Of a DNA stretch of 64,000 nucleotides, positions 49,398 to 57,599 are shown one piece after another. Position numbers and translations under genes: made by a program. How positions within the stretch are numbered: the first letter of the stretch is position 1; each line of letters begins with the position of its first letter. Source of the DNA: Candidatus Parcubacteria bacterium (lineage in GTDB: Bacteria > Patescibacteriota > Minisyncoccia > Phycocordibacterales > CAIZLB01). The notes beneath the pieces were generated by a model that did no database searches, was not told where the DNA came from, and was given only the letters and a program-made list of their open reading frames with translations. The stretch spans positions 21,982 to 85,981 of the forward strand of contig JBDKLC010000004.1 in NCBI GenBank assembly GCA_039795775.1, given 5' to 3'.

Positions 49398-49946
49398 ATG
49401 AAACACCACACAGTAAAAGAAAAAGCCGCTGGCGTTAATGAAGCCCTCAAAGGTTCATTTGGCTATAAGAACGTAATGCAATCTCCAAAGATTGTAAAAG
49501 TTGTTCTCTCTTCAACAACAGGTTCTATCAAGGACCCAAAGAAGAAAGATCTTATCGGTAATCGACTTGCTCGAATCGCTGGTCAGAAGGCTACTCCTAC
49601 TGCAGCAAAGAAATCTATCGCTACCTTCAAGGTACGACAGGGTGATGCTGTAGGATGGCAGGTAACACTTCGAGGTGAGAGAATGTGGAGTTTCCTTGAG
49701 AAGCTCATTAACGTTGCTCTCCCACGAACACGAGACTTCCGAGGTATTGATGCTAAGTCAATCGACGCTCTTGGTAACTACACTCTCGGTATCAAAGAAC
49801 ACACAGTGTTCCCAGAAACCGCAGATGAAGAAATCAAAGACGTGTTCGGTTTCGCTGTAAACATCGTTACTTCATCACGAAAGAAGGAAGAAACTAAGGC
49901 TCTCTTAGAGCACCTTGGATTCTTGTTTAAGAAGAAGGAACAATAA
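49398..49946 (+). CDS. rplE: 50S ribosomal protein L5
   Basis: 182 aa. Confidence 0.9.
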   Translation: MKHHTVKEKAAGVNEALKGSFGYKNVMQSPKIVKVVLSSTTGSIKDPKKKDLIGNRLARIAGQKATPTAAKKSIATFKVRQGDAVGWQVTLRGERMWSFLEKLINVALPRTRDFRGIDAKSIDALGNYTLGIKEHTVFPETADEEIKDVFGFAVNIVTSSRKKEETKALLEHLGFLFKKKEQ

Positions 49947-50057
49947 TAACAAAAAAACGAGGCTAAACCACGCAAAATTTGACTTTGAGCTACAAAATTG
50001 ATAGCATGCTCAAAGCTCAACTTGAGCTATTTTTTATCTCAAAAGATACACAAAAGT

Positions 50058-50243
50058 ATGGCTAAAACATCCGTAATTGCACGAGCATTAAAGAAACCAA
50101 AATTCCAGAGTCGAGTAGTTCGACGATGTTTTCGATGCGGTCGAAAAAGAGGATATATGCGAGATTTTGACATGTGTCGAATCTGCTTCCGAGAAGCCGC
50201 AAACGAAGGCCGAATTCCAGGTATTAAGAAATCATCATGGTAG
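50058..50243 (+). CDS. rpsZ: 30S ribosomal protein S14 type Z (zinc-binding)
   Basis: 61 aa [16 protein letters not shown]...[23 protein letters not shown] (four Cys); start at internal Met of ORF 49998-50243. Confidence 0.85.
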   Translation: MAKTSVIARALKKPKFQSRVVRRCFRCGRKRGYMRDFDMCRICFREAANEGRIPGIKKSSW

Positions 50244-50629
50244 ACATCACAGCAGAACTCATCATCAAACTTAAGAACGCAAACGTTGCAGGTAAGGCAA
50301 CAGTATCTTTCCCATACTCAAAGATGCGAGAGGCTATTCTCGAAGCTCTTAAGAAAGAAGGATTCATTAAGTCAGTATCTTCAAAAGGTAAAACAGTAGC
50401 AAAGTCTCTCGAAGTAGAACTTGCATACGAAGACAACAAGTCACCTAAAATTCAGGGTGTAGAACAAATTTCTAAATACTCTCGACGAGTGTATCAGAAG
50501 GCCTCAGAAATGAGACCAGTTCGAAACAACTTCGGTGCTCTTATCCTTACAACTCCAAAGGGCATTATGTCAGGCCGAAATGCTCGAAAAGAAAACGTAG
50601 GAGGTGAGGCCCTCTTTAAGATTTGGTAA
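50237..50629 (+). CDS. rpsH: 30S ribosomal protein S8
   Basis: 130 aa; overlaps rpsZ stop. Confidence 0.9.
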   Translation: MVDITAELIIKLKNANVAGKATVSFPYSKMREAILEALKKEGFIKSVSSKGKTVAKSLEVELAYEDNKSPKIQGVEQISKYSRRVYQKASEMRPVRNNFGALILTTPKGIMSGRNARKENVGGEALFKIW

Positions 50630-50645
50630 AAATAAACAGAAATAT

Positions 50646-51179
50646 ATGTCACGAATTGGAAAACAAATCATTCAAATCCCAGCAACTACTCAAGTATCAT
50701 ATACTGATGGTTTGTTAACTGTTAAAGGTCCTAAGGGAGAACTCAAAAAAGAGTTCAAGCCTACTGTCGCTATCAAGATTGAAAACAATCAGGTTACTCT
50801 TGAGCCAGTAAAGAAGGATCTTCAGACACAGGCTCTTTGGGGCACATATTCTGCCCATGTTGCAAACATGGTTCAGGGTGTTACAACTCCTTACGTTAAG
50901 AAGCTTATTCTCGAAGGTATCGGTTACAAAGCAGAAGTTCAGGGAACTACACTTAAAATGGCTCTTGGTTTCTCTCACCCAGTAAACCTCGAAATCCCAG
51001 CTGGCCTTACTGTTACATCTGAAAAAGGTGTTGTTACAGTAACTGGTCCAGACAAAGAACTTGTAGGCCAGTTCACTGCGATTGTTCGAGATCACAAGAA
51101 ACCTGAACCGTACAAGGGGAAAGGATTCCGATACGATAACGAAGTTATTAAGCGAAAGCAGGGTAAAAAGACAGCTTAA
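50646..51179 (+). CDS. rplF: 50S ribosomal protein L6
   Basis: MSRIGKQIIQIP start within ORF 50604-51179. Confidence 0.9.
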   Translation: MSRIGKQIIQIPATTQVSYTDGLLTVKGPKGELKKEFKPTVAIKIENNQVTLEPVKKDLQTQALWGTYSAHVANMVQGVTTPYVKKLILEGIGYKAEVQGTTLKMALGFSHPVNLEIPAGLTVTSEKGVVTVTGPDKELVGQFTAIVRDHKKPEPYKGKGFRYDNEVIKRKQGKKTA

Positions 51180-51202
51180 GCTAAATACTAAAGACTAAAT
51201 TT

Positions 51203-51547
51203 ATGAAACAGACTATTACTTCATCATCACGAGACCGACGTCGAAAGCGAATTCGATCTACTGTATCAGGTACAGCAGAACGACCACGACTTTCTGTATA
51301 CAAATCAAACACAGCGACTTACGCTCAGCTTATTGATGATGAACGAGGTGTTACTTTGGTAGCTGCTTCATCTATGAACGTGAAAGGCAACAAAACAGAA
51401 GCTGCTAAAAAAGTAGGCATCGAAGTTGCAAAGAAGGCCGTAGAACAGAAGATTGCTAAAGTAGTCTTTGACCGAGGCGGATTTATTTACACTGGTCGAA
51501 TCAAAGCTCTTGCAGAAGGTGCTCGAGAAGGAGGACTCAACTTTTAA
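51203..51547 (+). CDS. rplR: 50S ribosomal protein L18
   Basis: 114 aa. Confidence 0.85.
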   Translation: MKQTITSSSRDRRRKRIRSTVSGTAERPRLSVYKSNTATYAQLIDDERGVTLVAASSMNVKGNKTEAAKKVGIEVAKKAVEQKIAKVVFDRGGFIYTGRIKALAEGAREGGLNF

Positions 51548-51559
51548 TACAAGAAATAT

Positions 51560-52180
51560 ATGACTGAAGAACAAAACGTACAACCAACTAACGAAGCACC
51601 TGCAGCCGCTCCAGCAGCACAGGCTCCTTCTTCATTCGCTCCACGAGGTCCTCGAGGACGAAACTCATCATCACGACCAGGAGGTGACCGATCTAAAGGC
51701 GGTGATCGACGAGGTGGACCACGACGAGAACCACGAGCTAAGCCAGAATACGATCAGAAAATTATCGACATTCGACGAGTAACTCGAGTATCATCAGGAG
51801 GACGACGATTCAGTTTTGCTGTATCTCTCGTTGCAGGTGATCGAAAAGGTAAAATTGGCGTAGGAACAGGAAAGGGAGGTGATACATCTCTCGCTGTAGA
51901 AAAGGCATTCCGAAATGCAAAGAAGAACATGATCAACATACACCTTACAAAAACAGGTAGTATTGCTCACGAAGTTCTTACAAAATTTGCTAGTGCTACA
52001 GTTCACATCCAGCCAGCTCCAGGACGAGGAATCGTAGCTGGTAGTTCAGTTCGAGATGTTATCGAACTCGCTGGTATCAAAGACATCACAGCTAAACTCC
52101 GATCTGGTACAAAGAACAAGCTTAACAACGCACGAGTAGCTGTACAGGCTCTCTCAATGGTTAAGAAGGCTCGATCATAA
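51560..52180 (+). CDS. rpsE: 30S ribosomal protein S5 (with ~45-aa Ala/Pro/Arg/Gly-rich N-terminal extension)
   Basis: 206 aa; core IIDIRRVTRVSSGGRRFSFAVSLVAGDRKGKIGVGTGK. Confidence 0.9.
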   Translation: MTEEQNVQPTNEAPAAAPAAQAPSSFAPRGPRGRNSSSRPGGDRSKGGDRRGGPRREPRAKPEYDQKIIDIRRVTRVSSGGRRFSFAVSLVAGDRKGKIGVGTGKGGDTSLAVEKAFRNAKKNMINIHLTKTGSIAHEVLTKFASATVHIQPAPGRGIVAGSSVRDVIELAGIKDITAKLRSGTKNKLNNARVAVQALSMVKKARS

Positions 52181-52197
52181 TCTCTAACTTTACTATC

Positions 52198-52638
52198 ATG
52201 CAGATCCACAACCTAAAGCGAGAAACCGCTAACAAAAAGAAAATCCAAGTAGGCCGAGGGGCTAAACGAGGTAAGACATCTGGCCGAGGAACAAAAGGAC
52301 AGAACGCTCGAGCTGGTCACAAAAAGCGACCAGAAATGCGAGATATCATCAAGAAGATTCCAAAGCTTCGAGGACGAGGTAAGAACTCTCTCCATTCTAT
52401 TCAGGCTGATGCTGTTGCCGTAAACTTGAACCTTCTCTCAGTATTCAAGGCTGGTGAAACAGTAACTCCAAAGACTCTTGCTGAAAGTGGTGTTATCACT
52501 ATGTACAAGGGACGATACCCACGAGTAAAAATTCTCTCTACTGGTGACATTTCTACTAAACTTAACTTCGCAAACTGTGAAGTATCAGCAGGTGCTAAGG
52601 CAAAGATCGAACAGGTTGGTGGTACAATTAAAGGGTAA
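52198..52638 (+). CDS. rplO: 50S ribosomal protein L15 (directly after rpsE; no rpmD/L30 between)
   Basis: 146 aa; GRGAKRGKTSGRGTKGQNARAGH. Confidence 0.9.
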   Translation: MQIHNLKRETANKKKIQVGRGAKRGKTSGRGTKGQNARAGHKKRPEMRDIIKKIPKLRGRGKNSLHSIQADAVAVNLNLLSVFKAGETVTPKTLAESGVITMYKGRYPRVKILSTGDISTKLNFANCEVSAGAKAKIEQVGGTIKG

Positions 52639-52659
52639 TACAAAATAATTATTTGCTCT

Positions 52660-53931
52660 ATGAACACATTTTTCCAAAAAATCCGAGCAATACTAACAGA
52701 CGCAGGGCTTCGAAACAAAATCCTATTTGTATTGGGAGCTCTTGTGGTATACCGATTCCTTTCTGTTATTCCTATTCCAAGTGTGAATCAGGCAGCTCTC
52801 GCACAGTTTTTAAATAACAACCAGTTCTTTGGTCTTTTGAACATCTTCTCTGGAGGTGGACTTTCTACACTCTCTATTGTGATGCTTTCAGTAAGTCCAT
52901 ACATCACAGCTTCTATCATCATGCAGCTCCTTACGATGATGTCTTCAAAGTTGAAGGATCTCTATCAGAATGAAGGAGAGCTAGGCCGAAAGAAGTTTTC
53001 TCAGTACACACGACTCATTACTGTACCTCTAGCATTCGTTCAGGGTTTTGGATTCCTCGTACTTCTTCAGCGACAGGGGATTGTAGGCAATCTCGGGATT
53101 GAAGCTCTTCTTACAAGCGTGATTACAGTAGTTGCCGGTTCTCTTCTTGTAATGTGGCTTGGAGAACTTATCTCAGAATTCGGTATCGGTAACGGTCTCT
53201 CAATGATTATCTTTGCAGGTATCGTTGCACGAATTCCTGCTACAATCGGTCAGCTCCAGTTTACACTCGACGCAGCACAGCTTCCACTTTTTATCGGTCT
53301 CGTGATTCTCGGTATCATCACTATTGCTGCGGTTATCTTCATCACAGAAGCTGAACGACCAATTCCAGTTACTTATGCAAAGCAGGTACGAGGTAGTCGA
53401 GTGTACGGCGGTACATCTACATACCTTCCACTTCGACTCAACCAGTCTGGTGTTATTCCAATCATCTTCGCACTTTCTATTCTTCTTCTCCCACAGATGG
53501 TTCTCAACCTTCTTACTTATTCAGGTAGTCCAACAATCGCAAGTATTTCACGGTTTGTAACAGACCTCATGGCTAATCCATGGTTCTACGCTGCGGCATA
53601 CTTCGTCCTTGTATTCTTCTTCACATTCTTCTACACAGCCGTTACATTTGATCCTCAGACAATTTCTACAAACCTTCAGAAGAATGGTGCATTTATCCCA
53701 GGTGTACGACCAGGCGATCCAACATCAACTTACTTGAGTAAAGTAGTGACTCGAATCACTCTCGTCGGAGCACTCTTCCTTGGCGTGATTGCGGTTCTCC
53801 CAGCTATCATTCATGCGGTGACTGGCAACCAAGCAATTACAATCGGAGGTACAGCACTTCTCATCGTAGTATCAGTAGTAATTGACCTCATCAAAAAGGT
53901 TGATGCTCAGCTCTCAATGCGAGAATATTAA
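52660..53931 (+). CDS. secY: Protein translocase subunit SecY
   Basis: 423 aa, 10-TM profile; hairpin terminator GGCTCTCC-gtaa-GGAGAGCC+T run at 53958-53990. Confidence 0.9.
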   Translation: MNTFFQKIRAILTDAGLRNKILFVLGALVVYRFLSVIPIPSVNQAALAQFLNNNQFFGLLNIFSGGGLSTLSIVMLSVSPYITASIIMQLLTMMSSKLKDLYQNEGELGRKKFSQYTRLITVPLAFVQGFGFLVLLQRQGIVGNLGIEALLTSVITVVAGSLLVMWLGELISEFGIGNGLSMIIFAGIVARIPATIGQLQFTLDAAQLPLFIGLVILGIITIAAVIFITEAERPIPVTYAKQVRGSRVYGGTSTYLPLRLNQSGVIPIIFALSILLLPQMVLNLLTYSGSPTIASISRFVTDLMANPWFYAAAYFVLVFFFTFFYTAVTFDPQTISTNLQKNGAFIPGVRPGDPTSTYLSKVVTRITLVGALFLGVIAVLPAIIHAVTGNQAITIGGTALLIVVSVVIDLIKKVDAQLSMREY

Positions 53932-53991
53932 TTCTCAATTTTCCTTAAAGAAATAATAAAGAAAAGGCTCTCCGTAAGGAGAGCCTTTTCT

Positions 53992-54528
53992 TTGTTGATT
54001 TTTTGTTTATATAAAGTATGCTTTTGGCAGATGAACCCAACTCCACGCAATTCGTTTGTCGTGCTTGTGATGTCAGGACTCATCCTTGTAATTACGTATT
54101 TTCTCATCGAACTAGATATCGTCGATGCAAAAACTGGCCTACAGCTATTTCTTCTTGGGCAAGCTGTACTGCTTGTAGGACATGGAACCAACATGTTTAT
54201 TCCTTGGCTGCGAAACCGGTCACAGATGAAAATTACACGACTTGAAGCTTTGGTCTTGGATCAAGTTCGTCGTGCTATCAATGAGATAGTCGAGCGCCAG
54301 CACATGTTGGCAAAGTTCCGGATTTACTTCAAGGTAGATTCCGAAGAAGACTTCGAATTTGTAATCGATGGCCAGAAAGTTGTCGCCTACATATTTAAAG
54401 GGGGAAGTGTATCTATCATAGGACCACACCAAGCTCTTCTTTTGTTCGAAAGAGAAATAAAATTACGTAATCTCGAGGATTGGTCTTTTCAACCACTGCC
54501 CGAATCCACTGACTATGCAACTATTTAA
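53992..54528 (+). CDS. Hypothetical membrane-anchored protein (atypical codon usage)
   Basis: 178 aa, N-terminal TM helix; cgt/cgc/gcc-type codons; followed by GC-rich hairpin CCGCCGCAG-n8-CTGCGGCGG at 54531-54556. Confidence 0.4.
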   Translation: MLIFCLYKVCFWQMNPTPRNSFVVLVMSGLILVITYFLIELDIVDAKTGLQLFLLGQAVLLVGHGTNMFIPWLRNRSQMKITRLEALVLDQVRRAINEIVERQHMLAKFRIYFKVDSEEDFEFVIDGQKVVAYIFKGGSVSIIGPHQALLLFEREIKLRNLEDWSFQPLPESTDYATI

Positions 54529-54584
54529 CCCCGCCGCAGCCAAAGGACTGCGGCGGTTTCACTTTATGCTTTTAGTTCCTTATG

Positions 54585-55472
54585 TTATTTCCAAAAGAAG
54601 TACCCTACGATGGCAAATGTGAAAAGCGGAGAAAGCCAGCTCGGAATATGACCTCCAAGCGAATCTACGAGCATAATGATGCCCAAGACAGCAATGGAGT
54701 ACATAGCACCGTTCTTGAGGTATTTATAGCGCTTTACACGCTCTATATTGCCAATTGTGAGCCGACGTACCACTATGGCCCCAATACCGTTCCCAATGAG
54801 AATTAGGGGTATAGAAAGGGTAAAGGCAAAAGCTCCCAAAACTCCGTCTATAGAGAAGCACGCGTCAATGGCTTCAAGGTACAAAAGCATGGCTATATCT
54901 GACCTTCCTTTTGACCCATGCTCGAGAATTTCTCGTTCAGCTTGTTCTGCATTTTCTTTAAATCCATGAATGATAAAGAAGTCTGTTGAACCAACGACAG
55001 CACCGAATGCAAGCATTGGGTTGATGTGTATACCTTTCCATACAACAAACATAAGAATTACAGATGCGAGAGCGTAAAACCAAACTCCATGTCGGTGAAT
55101 AAACTTCTCACCAATGAGACCGTATTCTTTTCTCTCAAGGAAAAGCCAATGGAGAAATAGGAAGATAAGGAAGATGCCCGCACCTCCGAGGAGAATTGGA
55201 GCCGTTTTATCAATGATTTCGACTACTCGGGGATCGGCACTAAATGAAGCCATAAAAGCTTCTTTTGCACTAAGACCTCCCGCTGTCATGAGGATAAGCC
55301 AAGGAAGGAGTCCTCGAACAGCAAATACACCGATAAATATTCCCCAGGTAAGGAAGAGTTTTTTTGCTCGCTCAGACATTTTGCCGAGTACTTCTGCATT
55401 GATAACAGCATTGTCGATACTATTAACAATTTCAAAAAGGACGAGTCCCGCAAGTGTAAAAATGATATTCAT
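54585..55472 (-). CDS. DUF475/TerC-related integral membrane protein
   Basis: 295 aa polytopic; N-terminal FEIVNSIDNAVINAEVL motif characteristic of the TerC/DUF475 superfamily. Confidence 0.5.
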   Translation of the reverse strand: MNIIFTLAGLVLFEIVNSIDNAVINAEVLGKMSERAKKLFLTWGIFIGVFAVRGLLPWLILMTAGGLSAKEAFMASFSADPRVVEIIDKTAPILLGGAGIFLIFLFLHWLFLERKEYGLIGEKFIHRHGVWFYALASVILMFVVWKGIHINPMLAFGAVVGSTDFFIIHGFKENAEQAEREILEHGSKGRSDIAMLLYLEAIDACFSIDGVLGAFAFTLSIPLILIGNGIGAIVVRRLTIGNIERVKRYKYLKNGAMYSIAVLGIIMLVDSLGGHIPSWLSPLFTFAIVGYFFWK

Positions 55473-55516
55473 ACTATTTTCTATTATAATATGTACAACT
55501 AATTAAACACATACGT

Positions 55517-56074
55517 ATGATTGAATTTACAAAACCTATTCGAGTACTGATTTTGGCCAGTATGGTAATGACGTTAGCCTTTGGTATTTTTACTCCGTTT
55601 TATGTAGTTTTCATTCAATCGCTTAAAGGGAGCCTCTCCTTTGCTGGACTTTCTATGGGAGTATTTTCGATTGTGAGTGGAATCTTCATTCTGTTTATTG
55701 GAAGACTAGAATCTCATCATAAGAATAAAAAACATTTACTTGCTGTGGGATATTTCTTGAGAGGGCTAGCTTTTGTTAGTTTATCAGTTGCTGTAACAAA
55801 TATTCATCTGCTTCTTATTCAGGTTCTTTTAGGAATGGGTTCGGCATTCACTGTTCCTGCGTTCGATGCCCTGTATACAAAGTATGTTAATAGAGAAGAT
55901 TCAACAATGCAGTGGGCTGGGCTTCAAAGTATGACAAGTATTTCTACTGGTATTGCGGCCCTTGCCGGAGGTATTTTTATTGAATACTTTGGTTTTCAAA
56001 GTATATTTCTATCACTTGGATGTATTTCAATAGTGCTGTCTCTCTATATTTTCTCTAACAAAGAGTTGATCTAG
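55517..56074 (+). CDS. Six-TM membrane protein resembling half of an MFS transporter (possibly truncated)
   Basis: 185 aa with about 6 predicted hydrophobic helices; no stop-interrupted partner seen. Confidence 0.35.
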   Translation: MIEFTKPIRVLILASMVMTLAFGIFTPFYVVFIQSLKGSLSFAGLSMGVFSIVSGIFILFIGRLESHHKNKKHLLAVGYFLRGLAFVSLSVAVTNIHLLLIQVLLGMGSAFTVPAFDALYTKYVNREDSTMQWAGLQSMTSISTGIAALAGGIFIEYFGFQSIFLSLGCISIVLSLYIFSNKELI

Positions 56075-56090
56075 CTGATATAATTTATAT

Positions 56091-56687
56091 ATGACCCCAA
56101 AAACATTCATTCTTATCGGCCGATCTGGATCTGGAAAGGGAACACAAGCAAAACTTCTTCGAGAAGCACTTGCATCAAAAGAAACTGAAGGAAGAAACAT
56201 CTATTATGTAGAAACAGGCGCACGGTTCCGAGAATTTATTCAAGGTGAGAGCTACTCAAGTTCACTCGCTGCTGAGATAAATAAAATTGGCGCAAGACAG
56301 CCGGACTTTCTCGCTGTGTGGAATTGGGCGCACTATCTCGTTCATGACATGACAGGTGAAGAACATCTCATGTTTGACGGTACACCTCGTTCTTATGGAG
56401 AGGCTGTTATTATTGACGGCGCACTTAAGTTTTATAAAAGAGAAAAGCCGATTGTTGTGTATCTCAATGTAAGTCGAGAGTGGTCTCGAAAGCATCTCCT
56501 CGCTCGAGGAAGAATGGACGACAAAACAGAAGATGAAGTAGATCGAAGACTCAATTGGTTTGATACAGACGTAATGCCTGCGGTTGAATACTTTAAAAAA
56601 CACCCAGAATATCAGTTTGTCGATGTGCATGGAGAGCAGAGTATCGAAGAAGTGCATCAAGAAATTATAAAAGCGGTGAATCTTTAA
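56091..56687 (+). CDS. adk: Adenylate kinase family nucleoside monophosphate kinase (divergent)
   Basis: 198 aa; P-loop GRSGSGKGTQAKLL, LID-like GRMDD; position after secY as in canonical spc operon. Confidence 0.65.
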   Translation: MTPKTFILIGRSGSGKGTQAKLLREALASKETEGRNIYYVETGARFREFIQGESYSSSLAAEINKIGARQPDFLAVWNWAHYLVHDMTGEEHLMFDGTPRSYGEAVIIDGALKFYKREKPIVVYLNVSREWSRKHLLARGRMDDKTEDEVDRRLNWFDTDVMPAVEYFKKHPEYQFVDVHGEQSIEEVHQEIIKAVNL

Positions 56688-56743
56688 ATCTTCGAAAAAG
56701 GTTTATTTTTCCTTGATTTTCTGTTAATGTAGCCTCACATACA

Positions 56744-57529
56744 ATGGTTAAACTTAAGACAAAAGAAGAGATCGCTATCCTCCGAGAAGCTGGCAAAAAG
56801 GCAGCCTTTATTTTGAATGAACTAAAAAAGGACTGTGTTCCTGGGGCTTCTACTATGGATATCAATAAAAAGGCCCTCCAGATGTGTAAAGACGCTGGTG
56901 CAGAGCCTTCTTTCTTGGGGTACCAGCCATGGACAGCACCTCGACCATTTCCTGCAGCACTCTGTGTTTCTGTAAATGATGTGATTATTCACGGTATTCC
57001 AAACGAAAAACCAATCGTTCTCAAAGAAGGTGATATTGTATCGCTTGATATTGGTCTTATTTACAAAGGACTCTTTGTCGATACTGCCGTAAGTATTGGC
57101 GTAGGTGAAATAGATACCAAGGCTGCTAAGCTCCTTGAAGCAGGACAGAAGTCACTCGACGCTGCTATTTTTGTGTGTAAGCCAGGTATTCGAACAGGTG
57201 ACATTGGTCATGCTGTGGAATCTGCAATGGCATATTATAAAAAGACATATGGTTTCAATCTCGCGGATCCTGTCCTTGGCGGTCACGGTGTAGGACACGG
57301 TGTACATGAAGATCCATTTGTACCAAACTCAAGTGCAAAGAATCAGGGGTACCAGCTCAAACCAGGACTTGTTATTGCTATCGAACCAATGGTTAACGAA
57401 GGAACATGGAGAATCAAAGCAGACAACGACGGATATACCTACAGAACAGGCGACGGCAAGCGAAGTGTTCATTTTGAACACACTGTTGCTATCACAGAAG
57501 ACGGAGTTGAAGTTCTTACTGAACTCTAA
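56744..57529 (+). CDS. map: Methionine aminopeptidase type I
   Basis: 261 aa; pita-bread fold metal ligands (D..D..H..E..E pattern: SLDIGL, HGVGHGVHE, IEPM). Confidence 0.85.
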   Translation: MVKLKTKEEIAILREAGKKAAFILNELKKDCVPGASTMDINKKALQMCKDAGAEPSFLGYQPWTAPRPFPAALCVSVNDVIIHGIPNEKPIVLKEGDIVSLDIGLIYKGLFVDTAVSIGVGEIDTKAAKLLEAGQKSLDAAIFVCKPGIRTGDIGHAVESAMAYYKKTYGFNLADPVLGGHGVGHGVHEDPFVPNSSAKNQGYQLKPGLVIAIEPMVNEGTWRIKADNDGYTYRTGDGKRSVHFEHTVAITEDGVEVLTEL

Positions 57530-57599
57530 TTTTTCAAATTTCTCAGACAATTGAATAACTGCATTCATAATACGCACGTGTTGAGATATAATATGCGTA

